Notes: a model not told the origin generated them from the letters alone. Numbered from the stretch's first letter, positions 26,621 to 36,164 are shown. The stretch: 64,000 bases of DNA from an uncultured Atribacterota bacterium (GCA_964426875.1 CAYRSB010000002.1:56155-120154); one strand, 5' to 3'. Translations and numbers: made by a program.

Positions 26621-27882
26621 CGCCGAGAGAAAGAGTCATAGCTGCACTCTCTCATAGGGAGCCGGATGTCCTACCCCTTGATCTTGGTTCGACTCTTATC
26701 ACCGGGATTCACGTCTCGAGTCTTCACCGCCTCAAGGTAGCCCTGGGACTCATTCATCCGGAGGACCCGGTTAAAGTCATAGACCCTTTCCAGATGTTAG
26801 GGGAAGTGGATGACGAACTGCGAAAGGTCCTGGGGATAGACACCGTACCCCTCATGTCGCCGACGAACTTCTTCGGTTTCCGCAACGAGAACTGGAAACC
26901 CTGGAGGTTTTTCGATGGTACGCCTCTCCTTGTTCCTGAGAAGTTCAACACCGTTCCCGATCCCGAAGGCAACATCCTCCAGTATCCCCAGGGAGATACC
27001 TCCTGTCCTCCCTGTGCCAGGATGCCCAGGGGGGGATTCTACCACGATGCCCTCATCCGTCAAAAGCCCATCGATGAGAAGAATCTCAGGGTGGAAGACC
27101 AGATTGAGGAATACACCCTCTTGAGCGAGGAAGAACTCCGTTACTTTGAGGGAGAATCCAAAAGGCTTTTTGAGGAGACCGATTATGCCATCGTTTCTTC
27201 TGGTGTTCCTGGAACGAACCTGGGAGACATTGCCTTTGTCCCCGGCCTCTCTCTCAAGGACCCCAAGGGGATAAGAGATGTGGAGGAGTGGTACGTATCC
27301 CTCCTTACCCGTCAGTCCTTCCTTGAGGAAGTTTTCGCTCGCATGACTGAAATCGGCCTCCACAACCTTAAGATGTTCCACGAGGCAGTGGGGGAAAGGA
27401 TTCAGGCCATTGTCGTCTCCGGAACAGACTTTGGCTCACAACTTGGCCCCTTCATCGCTCCTGAGCTTTATCGGAAGCTCTTCAAGCCCTTTCACAGGAG
27501 AGTCAATGATTGGATTCACCGGCATACTGCCTGGAAGACCTTCATCCACACCTGTGGGTCGGTGTACGAACTCTTGCCTGACCTCTCCGAGGCCGGCTTT
27601 GACATTCTCAACCCGGTACAGATTTCAGCTGCCTCTATGGACCCCAAAACCCTTAAGGAGGAGTTCGGTGACCGTTTTGTCTTCTGGGGTGGGGGGGTGA
27701 ACACCCAAAGGACTCTGCCTTTTGGGACCCCCGAGGAGGTCAAAGAGGAGGTACGTCGACTCGTTGAAATTTTCAGAAAGGGTGGGGGATTCGTTTTTGC
27801 CACCGTCCACAACGTCCAGGCCCAAATCCCGGTGGAGAATCTCCTTGCCCTTTTTGAAACGGTCAACGAGTACCGTTCCTGA
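26611..27882 (+). CDS. uroporphyrinogen decarboxylase (URO-D/MtaA-like) family protein, second paralogue
   Basis: MEMTPRERVIAALSHREPDVLPLDLG...IHTCGSVYELLPDLSEAGFDILNPVQISAASMDPKTLKEEFGDRFVFWGGGVNTQ. The start is ATG 26611 or 26617, after AAGGAGGG, and overlaps the lacI-family stop. Confidence 0.75.
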   Translation: MEMTPRERVIAALSHREPDVLPLDLGSTLITGIHVSSLHRLKVALGLIHPEDPVKVIDPFQMLGEVDDELRKVLGIDTVPLMSPTNFFGFRNENWKPWRFFDGTPLLVPEKFNTVPDPEGNILQYPQGDTSCPPCARMPRGGFYHDALIRQKPIDEKNLRVEDQIEEYTLLSEEELRYFEGESKRLFEETDYAIVSSGVPGTNLGDIAFVPGLSLKDPKGIRDVEEWYVSLLTRQSFLEEVFARMTEIGLHNLKMFHEAVGERIQAIVVSGTDFGSQLGPFIAPELYRKLFKPFHRRVNDWIHRHTAWKTFIHTCGSVYELLPDLSEAGFDILNPVQISAASMDPKTLKEEFGDRFVFWGGGVNTQRTLPFGTPEEVKEEVRRLVEIFRKGGGFVFATVHNVQAQIPVENLLALFETVNEYRS

Positions 27883-27936
27883 CCTGAGAAGTTTATTTTG
27901 TCTCAATCTCGCTCTGTCGTTTAGTATTTGTGGTAA

Positions 27937-27965
27937 TTGACACGGCTCTTCCTCCTCCTTATAAT
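27937..27965 (+). promoter_or_regulatory. consensus sigma-70 promoter (TTGACA, 17 nt, TATAAT)
   Basis: TTGACA at 27937-27942 and TATAAT at 27960-27965, only about 15 nt before the first possible start of the ECF S-component gene. Confidence 0.65.
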
Positions 27966-27980
27966 TCAAGGCAATAAGGG

Positions 27981-28493
27981 GTGATAGTGGTGCACGAAAG
28001 AATGCGAACACTCGTTTTCGGAGCCTTGGGAATCGCTCTTGTGGCTTTTGCCACAATGAGTGTTCAGGTTCCCATCCCGCAAACTCGAGGATACATCAAT
28101 TTAGGGGATACTCTCATTTTTGTTTTTGCTATCCTCTTTGGAGCGAGAATTGGAGCCCTTGCCGGGGGAGTGGGTTCGGCTCTTGCCGATATTTTGACCG
28201 GCTACGCTCACTGGGCACCATTCACTCTCCTCATCAAAGGGATTGAAGGACTCATTGTTGGCCTTCTTGCCTCAGGAGAAAAGAGCAATATCCGACGTCT
28301 TTTGGGATGCATCCTGGGTGGCCTTGAGATGATTGCAGGGTATTTCTTGGTAGAGGTTTTCCTTTATGGTCTTGGTGCTGCTTTTGCAGAACTTCCGGGT
28401 AACTTTATTCAGGCAGGAAGTGCTGTTGTTGTGGGGCCACTTGTTGTTTTCGCCCTGCAGAGAATCGAGAAAGCCTTATTTCATCGGACTTAG
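27981..28493 (+). CDS. ECF-transporter S (substrate-capture) component-like membrane protein
   Basis: About 165 aa with 5-6 TM segments. IPQTRGYINLGDTLIF and the G-rich helices are typical of ECF S components. Start uncertain (GTG 27981 or ATG 28002). Confidence 0.6.
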   Translation: MIVVHERMRTLVFGALGIALVAFATMSVQVPIPQTRGYINLGDTLIFVFAILFGARIGALAGGVGSALADILTGYAHWAPFTLLIKGIEGLIVGLLASGEKSNIRRLLGCILGGLEMIAGYFLVEVFLYGLGAAFAELPGNFIQAGSAVVVGPLVVFALQRIEKALFHRT

Positions 28494-28494
28494 G

Positions 28495-29847
28495 CTATGG
28501 GTGAATTTTGGCAAGGACTTCCTGTTCTATCTCGGGAAATGCCCTCAGTAAGCGATGGACAAGGAGAGACAGAACGTCTCCTCTCTTTCCCTCAAAGCGC
28601 AAGGTGTAGACCGGCTCAGTGACCGACTTTCGAATGAGAGCCCATCCGTCTTCCCATTCTACCCTGAGGCCATCGATTTTTGAAACGGTTCCACCTTGTA
28701 CCTTTTCTTCAAGGAGCGCGAGGAGATTCTCCCGACCCTTTATGGGAATGCGAATGTCTGGAGTGGTGTAATTTTTGGGAAAGGAAGCAATGGTTTGGGA
28801 GAGAGGAGTGGTGCTTTCACTTAAAAGGTGGAGGAAGAGGGCGGCGGCATAGAGCCCGTCATCCCGGCGGAGTTCCCCGAAAAAGTAGTGGCCACTTATC
28901 TCCCCAGCCATGATAGCCTTTTCCTCGATGAGTCTCTTTTTGATGTAGGTGTGTCCTGAACGCTCAGGGATGGGAATACCCCCTGCTTTGCGTATCTCTT
29001 CGGGGATAACCGAGGAACACTTAAGGTCGTAAACGAATTTCTTTTCCCCAGGAAAACGAGCAAAATGGTAGCGGATAAAGAAAATCATACCCTTTTCGCC
29101 TTCAAGCACAGTTCCATCGTCAGCTACGAAAACAACCCGGTCACCATCCCCATCAAATGCCACACCCACATCGGCTTTAAGTTCTCTGACCTTATTACTC
29201 AAAGCTACAAGGTTTTTCGCCTGGGCGGGGTTGGGGGGACGGTTGGGGAAAGAACCGTCAAAAGTACAGAAAAGTGGTGTAACCCTGTATCTCAGGGATT
29301 CAAGGAATCGTGGAGCAAGGAGAGAGTAACACCCGTTACCGCAGTCGACCACGACATTAAGCGGCCGGTAGGGTCGAGAAAGAGAAGAAGAGAGGAAGGC
29401 AAGGTACTCTTCTTCAAGATTTCTTCTTTCGAGGCGTCCTTGCCAAGCTCTACGGAAGTCCTTTGCCTCTATTTTCCGGGCAAGTAGGGCAAAATCGGAA
29501 GGCGAAGGAGGACGGTCGGCAAAACCGATTTTGCAGCCGTTGTACTGAGGGGGATTGTGTGAAGCGGTGATCATAACGCCGGCCGATGCCTTAAGATGGT
29601 CTATGGCAAAGTAGAAAAGAGGCGTGGGGACAGTGCCTAAGTCCGCCACATTTTCCCCGCTTTCCCGCAACCCCTCGATGAGGGCCTCTTTCAAGGCAGG
29701 GGTGTGGAGGCGTACGTCTCCTCCTACCACAAGGAGTTCCCCTTCGGGAAAAAAGGAGCCAAAAGCCCGGCCAATGGCATAGGTAATTTCTTCGTTGATT
29801 TCCTCAGGGACAATACCCCGAATATCACAATCCTTGAAGATGCTCAT
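28495..29847 (-). CDS. phosphomannomutase/phosphoglucomutase
   Basis: 450 aa with active-site loop TASHNPPQYNGCK and metal loop FDGDGDR. Confidence 0.9.
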   Translation of the reverse strand: MSIFKDCDIRGIVPEEINEEITYAIGRAFGSFFPEGELLVVGGDVRLHTPALKEALIEGLRESGENVADLGTVPTPLFYFAIDHLKASAGVMITASHNPPQYNGCKIGFADRPPSPSDFALLARKIEAKDFRRAWQGRLERRNLEEEYLAFLSSSLSRPYRPLNVVVDCGNGCYSLLAPRFLESLRYRVTPLFCTFDGSFPNRPPNPAQAKNLVALSNKVRELKADVGVAFDGDGDRVVFVADDGTVLEGEKGMIFFIRYHFARFPGEKKFVYDLKCSSVIPEEIRKAGGIPIPERSGHTYIKKRLIEEKAIMAGEISGHYFFGELRRDDGLYAAALFLHLLSESTTPLSQTIASFPKNYTTPDIRIPIKGRENLLALLEEKVQGGTVSKIDGLRVEWEDGWALIRKSVTEPVYTLRFEGKRGDVLSLLVHRLLRAFPEIEQEVLAKIHP

Positions 29848-30854
29848 TTGTTCTTCACCTGCAGGATGCCTCGAGCAATCAGATCGTACATAGCTTCAAG
29901 GACTGCTCCTTCGGGAGTATATTGGGGAACAAAATCCAGGACTTTACGCGCCTTTTCCATGGATACGCAACACCCTTGACGGACGTGGAGCGCGGCCATT
30001 TCAGGGTATCCGAACCGGGCAGTGTACTCTTCCAGGGAAATGGAGCGAAAACGAAAAGGTTTCCCAAAGGAGCAAGCCAGAAATTCTCCAAGACCAAAGA
30101 AGGTCATGGCGTACTGTGCGCCACAGTTGAAGGCCTCCCCCTGAGAGGCCTTGGGGTTCGAGAGAGCAGCAAAGAAAAGATCGGCGACATCCCGGGGATG
30201 CACGTGATGCAGGGTGCTGAGTCCCCCATCAAGAAGGAAGATTTCTTCCCCGTTGAGGATTTTCTGAAGAGTTTCAGGATTATTGTCTCCGAAAGGTGTG
30301 ATGAAAGGCTTCCCTGGACCGGTGATGTGGGTAGGGCGAACAATCGTTACCATGAGTTTACCCTTTTGAGCAGCTGAAAAGAGCGTGTTTTCAATGAGGA
30401 CCTTCCTTTGAGCGTAGTCGTTCTCCGGGAAACGGAAAGCCTCTTCTCTGGTGGGGATGGTCCTCGTTTTTCCATAGACCCAGGCTGTACTACATACAAG
30501 AAGATGCGTTTCTGTCCCCGAGAGAAGGTCGGCAAGGAATGCGGCGCTTTCCGGCTCAAAGGCGATGAGGTCCACGATGATGTCGGGTCGTACGTGGCGT
30601 ATACGCTCTCCCAAGAGGCCACTCTTTTCCTCTTTTTCCCGTTCTCCCCGGATTGTGTTTACCTTGGCCCAAAGCGGCGAGGAAGGATAGGGATTCGTTG
30701 TCCCCCGGGCAAAAACCCATACCCTGTATCCTGAGGTCACAAGCCTTGGGACGAGGTAGCTTCCAATATGTCCTGTTCCGCCGATGACAAGCGCGGTTTT
30801 CTCCTGCATGGCTACATTGTACCCATTACAGGCCATTTCGAAAAGAGGATGCAT
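29844..30854 (-). CDS. NAD-dependent epimerase/dehydratase family protein
   Basis: ALVIGGTGHIGSYLV Rossmann motif. The 4-nt overlap with the downstream PMM gene suggests an operon. An alternative start is ATG 30809. Confidence 0.8.
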   Translation of the reverse strand: MHPLFEMACNGYNVAMQEKTALVIGGTGHIGSYLVPRLVTSGYRVWVFARGTTNPYPSSPLWAKVNTIRGEREKEEKSGLLGERIRHVRPDIIVDLIAFEPESAAFLADLLSGTETHLLVCSTAWVYGKTRTIPTREEAFRFPENDYAQRKVLIENTLFSAAQKGKLMVTIVRPTHITGPGKPFITPFGDNNPETLQKILNGEEIFLLDGGLSTLHHVHPRDVADLFFAALSNPKASQGEAFNCGAQYAMTFFGLGEFLACSFGKPFRFRSISLEEYTARFGYPEMAALHVRQGCCVSMEKARKVLDFVPQYTPEGAVLEAMYDLIARGILQVKNK

Positions 30855-30924
30855 TAGATAATGGAAAATGTCCGTGAAAGATATACTACCTCTTGAGAAA
30901 AAAACACCACTCGGGAGGGAAAAA

Positions 30925-31740
30925 TGCCCAAGGGGTTTGATATGGAGTTAGGGGAAAGATATGTGAAGAGAAAGAACTCCTTTGAATACCCCAAGATCTA
31001 AGGAGATGTTTTTGAACTTGGAGGATCCCTATGTATGAAAGAGCTCTGGAAAGACGGGTGTCTCTCTTGGTATGACCCTAAAGTCCTTGCCGAGACCAAA
31101 GGGGTCTTTTTGGGAACATGGAAACTCGTGGTCAGGCAATTACCCTCTCCTCATCCCTTGCCATAACTGCCATTGACACCAATCTTTTGAGTCAATGGAT
31201 AGTAAGGGTAGTAGAGGTGGGGAAAATCTTGGGAGTTTTCAAGAGATGGGTCAAAGAGCCCAGGGAGAATCCCCATTCCAGTTTGACAGTACCATCCTGA
31301 CAACCACAATTTTGAAGGTGCTCTTTGACCTGGTAGAGGGTGAAAGGGAAACTGACCCGGTCAAGATCCTGCAAGAAAAACGACCATGCTCATGTGGAAC
31401 AAAAAGGGGTGATACAGTCAGGAAACTGGTGGGATATTTCCGAAGTCAGCGAGGAAGAGATGATTTTGTGGAATGAGATTTATGGGGTTTCCGATCTCCT
31501 TGATAACTTCTGGGGAAGGCCAAAGACAAGAAGGGGAGGGTGCATAAGAGGTTCTACAATACACCCAAGACCCCCCACAAGAGACTCAAGAGTGCGTGGA
31601 GGTTTCTTTTCAGATCAAGGAAGCACCAAGAGAATGAGGCAAGAACTCAGCAGGGGAGAATTGGGAAGGGGATCAGGCGAGGTGTTAGAGGAACTCTTTG
31701 AGAGAAGTCCAGTGGGAGAAAGAGGCTGTATACGGGTTCG
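30925..31740 (+). pseudogene. rve/integrase-core (DDE) transposase remnant lacking the N-terminal domain, multiply frameshifted
   Basis: Fragments in three frames: ..PFQFDST.. (FDSDNGSEF region), LTRSRSCKKNDHAHVEQKG (FTRSRPY.KNDNAHVEQKN) and RVHKRFYNTPKTPHKRL (K.YD.PKTPYQRLL). ORFs 31118-31747 are pieces of it. Confidence 0.65.
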
Positions 31741-31994
31741 GTGTTAGCGCAAATTTATCGTAGCGTGGTACCCCATTTAGTGTGTCCGATCAACATGAAG
31801 CTATCTTCTTTCTTGAGGAGCATTCTTCAACCTTTAGGGTATCCTTCCTCTCTCTACCTTGAAAAAACATTCCCGAGGCACCTTCTATCGTCGGATAGAG
31901 AGGCCCAGAGTGAAAAGAAAGAGGACTACGTTAAGTGTCTTGAGGAACTTGACGTACCCGTCCTTCTTTCCTAAAGTGGAATGGGGGTGAGAGT

Positions 31995-32546
31995 ATGGAA
32001 GTCAAGGTAGGCAAGGCAAGGATTTCTCTCATCCAGGGAGATATCACCAGGCAGGAAACAGACGCCATCGTGAATGCAGCCAATCCCCGACTGGCCGGTG
32101 GGGGAGGAGTGGATGGAGCCATCCATCGGGCCGGAGGACCCAAAATTGCCGAGGAGTGTCAAAAGATTGGGGGCTGCCCTACGGGGAAAGCGGTGATAAC
32201 AAGTGGAGGCAATCTCAAGGCCCGTTATGTCATTCATGCAGTGGGACCGGTATATCGAGGGGGAAAAGAAGGAGAGCCGGAGCTTTTGCGAAGTGCCTAC
32301 CTTTCGAGTCTGGCACTGGCCGAAGAGAAGAAGCTTCGCTCGGCGTCCTTTCCATCCATAAGTACCGGAGCCTACGGGTATCCCATAAGGGAAGCCTCCC
32401 GCATCGCTCTGCGGGCAGTGATTGACTATCTACAGGAACATCCCGGTACGTCTCTTGAGGAGGTCGTTTTTGTCCTTTTCACACCACAGGACCTTGCAGT
32501 GTACGAAGAGGCTCTTCGAGAGCTTGCTGCTACGTACGGTCTTTGA
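31995..32546 (+). CDS. macro-domain protein (O-acetyl-ADP-ribose deacetylase, YmdB-like)
   Basis: ISLIQGDITRQETDAIVNAANPRLAGGGGVDGAIHRAGG...AFPSISTGAYGYP. Confidence 0.9.
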   Translation: MEVKVGKARISLIQGDITRQETDAIVNAANPRLAGGGGVDGAIHRAGGPKIAEECQKIGGCPTGKAVITSGGNLKARYVIHAVGPVYRGGKEGEPELLRSAYLSSLALAEEKKLRSASFPSISTGAYGYPIREASRIALRAVIDYLQEHPGTSLEEVVFVLFTPQDLAVYEEALRELAATYGL

Positions 32547-33138
32547 AGACCTTTTCTTTGAGGAACATCGCGCACTTTCTGAAGGCTATGGCCCGGTGGC
32601 TGACCCGGTTTTTCATTGCCGGGCCGAGTTCGGCAAAGGTCTTCTCATAGGGAGGGAAGACGAAAACAGGGTCGTATCCGAAGCCTTTATTTCCCCGAGC
32701 TTTCTCGGCTATCCATCCCTCACATGTACCTTCGAATACCTCTTCTCCTCCCGGCCACACCAGGGCCACGACACACACAAAGCGGGCAGTCCGGTTCTCA
32801 AGGGGCACACCTTCGAGTCTTCTCAGGAGAAGTTCGTTGCGCTCTTGGGAAGAGAGTCCTTGACCTCCGAAGCGAGCTGAATGTACTCCAGGAAGGCCAT
32901 CCAGAGCATCGACCTCAAGGCCTGAATCTTCCCCTGCACAGACGAGTCCGGTCCGGGAGAAGCCAAAGCGAGCCTTGAGCAGGGCGTTTTCTGCATAGGT
33001 CGCCCCTGTCTCCTCTATATCGTCTTCGAGTATGACTTCGAAGATGCTCTGGACTTTGATGTGGAAAGGAAAAAGGATTTCTCCTATCTCGGTGAGTTTG
33101 CCCTGATTCCTGGTCACTACGTAGAGCGTGGACTTCAC
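32530..33138 (-). CDS. rdgB: non-canonical purine NTP pyrophosphatase (RdgB/HAM1 family)
   Basis: [12 protein letters not shown]...[15 protein letters not shown]...[21 protein letters not shown]...GFGYDPVF. Conserved rph-rdgB pairing. Confidence 0.9.
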   Translation of the reverse strand: MKSTLYVVTRNQGKLTEIGEILFPFHIKVQSIFEVILEDDIEETGATYAENALLKARFGFSRTGLVCAGEDSGLEVDALDGLPGVHSARFGGQGLSSQERNELLLRRLEGVPLENRTARFVCVVALVWPGGEEVFEGTCEGWIAEKARGNKGFGYDPVFVFPPYEKTFAELGPAMKNRVSHRAIAFRKCAMFLKEKVFKDRT

Positions 33139-33863
33139 GGTAGACCCCGCTCAAGGATTTTTCGCTCCAGAGCAAGAATTTCCTGGATTCCTTTTTGTCC
33201 CAGGTTCAAGAGGGCATTCAAGGTCTCTCGGGAAAAGGGTTCCTTTTCGGCGGTACCCTGTACCTCCACAAACCTTCCACTTCCCGTCATCACAATGTTC
33301 ATGTCGACTTGAGCGTTGGAATCTTCCTCAAAGTTGAGGTCAAGGAGCATTTCCCCATTCACCACTCCCACACTGACTGCAGCAAGGTAATCCCGGACAA
33401 GGCCTCGCTCTGAGAGGATTCCCTGCTCGAGAAGGTTCCACAAAGCGTCTGCAAGAGCTATGAAGGAACCGGTAATGGCTAAGGTTCTTGTCCCCCCATC
33501 GGCCTGAATAACATCACAGTCCACAAGGATTGTACGCTCTCCCAGTTTCTCAAGGTTGACCACGGAGCGAAGGGCCCTTCCGATGAGACGCTGGATTTCG
33601 TGGGTTCGTCCGCCAACTTGCCCCTTTACCGCCTCGCGAATGTTGCGGGTGGTAGTAGCCCGAGGAAGCATGGCGTATTCGGCAGTGATCCATCCTTGAC
33701 CGGTGTTGCGCAAGAAGGGTGGGACCCTGTCCTCAAAAGATATGGCACAGATGATGCGGTTATTCCCTGCCTCGACGAACACGGAACCCTCGGCGTATTT
33801 CAGATAATTTCGCACGACGGTGATCGGCCGCAACTCGTCAGGTCTTCGTCCATCGCTTCGCAT
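33135..33863 (-). CDS. rph: ribonuclease PH
   Basis: [39 protein letters not shown]...[19 protein letters not shown] 33863 gives the canonical N-terminus; the ORF track extends to 33968. Confidence 0.92.
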   Translation of the reverse strand: MRSDGRRPDELRPITVVRNYLKYAEGSVFVEAGNNRIICAISFEDRVPPFLRNTGQGWITAEYAMLPRATTTRNIREAVKGQVGGRTHEIQRLIGRALRSVVNLEKLGERTILVDCDVIQADGGTRTLAITGSFIALADALWNLLEQGILSERGLVRDYLAAVSVGVVNGEMLLDLNFEEDSNAQVDMNIVMTGSGRFVEVQGTAEKEPFSRETLNALLNLGQKGIQEILALERKILERGLP

Positions 33864-33903
33864 AAGCGTCCTCTCCTTGAGGTATCGTCCTAATTCTTGA
33901 AAA

Positions 33904-34512
33904 CTATTGAACCTTTGCAATGATTCGCTCATCCCTTTGTAGAGGTTCTGAGATGTCGATGTGACCACAGAGAGTCTGGGTTTCTTTTCCGTCGATGAGT
34001 ATTTTCACTTTTTCGATGCCCGGGAAGGCGGTGAGGGTATCCACAATGGCGTATACGCTCAAGAACTCCTGAGAAGTTCCTCCTGACTGATTTTTGGCCA
34101 TTTCGACCGAGAGGTCCACATAGGCGATTTTCTCCTCCACGAAAACTGCATTGAGGCGGGTTCCTTGGGGCAGAGCGTTGAAAAGATTTTTATCGTTTGG
34201 TCCTTTCAGAAGTTCTCCGATCACTCGTTCGAGTCGTCGTTCATCGTTTGGAATACGTCGCTTTTCCCCCACAAGGGCCGTAAAGTCAGGATTGGCAAAG
34301 TACACCGTGACCTCCATTTCTTCTTTGGGAGGCAAAAGGATTCCTCCGGAGGGAGAAGGAGTGGGAGACGTTGGTCGGAAAAGCCGCAAAAGTATTTCCC
34401 CCCCGTAAACTACACCAAAAAAGAGCAGTACTCCCAAAAAGATATAAAGGAGAGCTTGCCAAGGAAAGGAGGATTTCTTTTTCTTTTTTCTTTGATAGCG
34501 AAACTCTCCCAT
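33904..34512 (-). CDS. GerM-domain membrane-anchored protein
   Basis: N-terminal TM segment, then [10 protein letters not shown]...LLKGP...[22 protein letters not shown]...[13 protein letters not shown], which is GerM-like. Confidence 0.75.
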   Translation of the reverse strand: MGEFRYQRKKKKKSSFPWQALLYIFLGVLLFFGVVYGGEILLRLFRPTSPTPSPSGGILLPPKEEMEVTVYFANPDFTALVGEKRRIPNDERRLERVIGELLKGPNDKNLFNALPQGTRLNAVFVEEKIAYVDLSVEMAKNQSGGTSQEFLSVYAIVDTLTAFPGIEKVKILIDGKETQTLCGHIDISEPLQRDERIIAKVQ

Positions 34513-34514
34513 CC

Positions 34515-36164
34515 TCAGTCTCCTTTGAGTAGTTTTTCAAGCACCGGACTTTTGGCAAAGGCCTCTATTGCTTCGGCAATGCCCTTGGCAATACGATCCT
34601 GGAAAGAACTTGAAGCGAGTTTTTTAGCCTCATTGGGATTACTCAAGAATCCAACTTCCACCAGACATGCCGGGTAGTACATATGCCCGAGAACCACCAA
34701 AGGAGCCTCTTTAAGACCCCGAGAAGTCTGTCCGGTGGCGGAGGAAATCTTGTCAAGAAGGAGCCTTCCGAGTTCGGCACTGGCCTCGCGGCTTTTGCCG
34801 TAATATGCTGAGGTGTAGACAGAGTTGAGTTTTTGGGGGTTAAGGCGCTTCTCTACCTCTTCCCTTCCGAAGGAGGCGTTCTCCCGATTGGCTACATCTA
34901 AAGCTCCTTCACCTCGGGGTTTTGCTCCTCCTAAAAATGCTTCAACCCCATCCGCCTTAGGGTTGGGACAGGCATTGCAGTGAATACTCACAAAGACAAA
35001 GGGATTTTTGCTGTTGGCAAGGTTATATCGATCATCGAGAGATGGATATGTATCGTCGTTCCGCGTCATGTACACTTCATACCCTCTGGTTTCAAGGAGA
35101 CCCTTGACTTTCTTGGCAATCTGAAGAACAATCGCCTTTTCCTCGTGTCCGTTATGGATGCACCCCGGGTCCTTTCCTCCGTGACCTGGGTCAAGAACGA
35201 CTGCTTTTGGGTTGATGATCTCGGGAGAGGGGCTCACCAAGAGAGGCGAGGGTAAGGGGGAAGGAGTACCTAAAGAGGGAGACGGTAAAGGGGAGGGACC
35301 GGGAGGGAAAGTGGAGGCAGTGGTGACTTCCACAAGGCTTACGAGGTCAAAGTAGGCTCGAGGATTTTCTCCCTCCAATTTTCCTTCCCTGAGTTGGACG
35401 GGTTCTTTAAAAGAGATTATGGCCTCAATTTGCCCGTTCTGCTTTTTTAGGGTTATTTCTTTTATGCGAGTATCGTTGACCGAGGTGGTTTCCGGAACAT
35501 CTCCAAGATTGCAATTTCGGAAGAGGATTCTTACTGTGTTCTGGGTTCGGTCCACCTGGGAGGAAAATGAGGGGACTCTTCCTCGAAAGTCAAAGGTTAT
35601 TCGTGTCCGCATTTCTGTGTCGTATGAGGCGAAACGAACACCGGAAAGAAGGGGGACCAGAAGGCGGGGAGAAGGAACAACCTCTTTCGGAGAGGGCGAG
35701 GGGACTTCTTCGCCCCTGGTAGAAACCTTGAATCCAAAGAGCTCTGCTAAAAAGGAAAGCGCTACGTAAACCTTGTTGTCTTCCACAAAGACATTCCCGT
35801 TGAGGGGAATTTCTTTGTCCTCGGAGACGGCTACGCCCTTGTCGAGGGAGAGAACAAAGGAAATCCTCCCGAGTTTGAGGTTGACCTTTTTCATGATGGG
35901 AGAATAGTATGCTATCCCCCCGATTTCTTTAAAGAGGTCTTCGACAGCGATGTATACCGTTTTATCCCGGGCTACGACACGGGCTGTGCTTGTGAAACGT
36001 TGCCCGTTAATCGTAACGGTAGTTTGGGCCTCACCCAAAGCAGGGAAGAGGAAGCCAAGAAAGACCAAAAAGGCGACTATATTAAAAAGGAACTTCTTCA
36101 GAGCCTTCATTATCTGCAAGCGGGATGTCTTCAAGATCTCCAAGAGGTCCTTCGCTCTCTTCAC
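34515..36164 (-). CDS. N-acetylmuramoyl-L-alanine amidase (Amidase_3) with N-terminal stalk, AMIN-like domains and a P/S-rich linker
   Basis: VVLDPGHGGKDPGCIHNGHEEKAIVL...FVSIHCNA. An alternative start at ATG 36110 (MKALKKFLFNIVAFLV) would shorten the overlap with ssb. Confidence 0.88.
   Translation of the reverse strand: MKRAKDLLEILKTSRLQIMKALKKFLFNIVAFLVFLGFLFPALGEAQTTVTINGQRFTSTARVVARDKTVYIAVEDLFKEIGGIAYYSPIMKKVNLKLGRISFVLSLDKGVAVSEDKEIPLNGNVFVEDNKVYVALSFLAELFGFKVSTRGEEVPSPSPKEVVPSPRLLVPLLSGVRFASYDTEMRTRITFDFRGRVPSFSSQVDRTQNTVRILFRNCNLGDVPETTSVNDTRIKEITLKKQNGQIEAIISFKEPVQLREGKLEGENPRAYFDLVSLVEVTTASTFPPGPSPLPSPSLGTPSPLPSPLLVSPSPEIINPKAVVLDPGHGGKDPGCIHNGHEEKAIVLQIAKKVKGLLETRGYEVYMTRNDDTYPSLDDRYNLANSKNPFVFVSIHCNACPNPKADGVEAFLGGAKPRGEGALDVANRENASFGREEVEKRLNPQKLNSVYTSAYYGKSREASAELGRLLLDKISSATGQTSRGLKEAPLVVLGHMYYPACLVEVGFLSNPNEAKKLASSSFQDRIAKGIAEAIEAFAKSPVLEKLLKGD

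Noticed and set aside
31118-31747. Three overlapping plus-strand ORFs (31118-31300, 31195-31476, 31340-31747) as separate small genes.
   Set aside because: Together they spell consecutive segments of one rve-type transposase in different frames, so they were annotated as a single pseudogene.
15008-31966. Shared 10-mer CTTGACGTAC near the transposase stub (15010-15019) and about 220 nt after the transposase remnant (31957-31966), as possible IS termini.
   Set aside because: The copies are in direct rather than inverted orientation. A single 10-mer match in 64 kb on two strands has roughly a 10 percent chance expectation, and the flanking bases do not extend the match.
35221-35330. Purine-rich, quasi-repetitive stretch (GGGAGAGGGG...GGAGGGA...) that could suggest a repeat array.
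   Set aside because: It is the coding strand complement of the P/S-rich linker (PSPLPSPSLGTPSPLPSPLLVSPSP) inside the amidase gene. There is no spacer/repeat periodicity, and no CRISPR-like array anywhere in the window.
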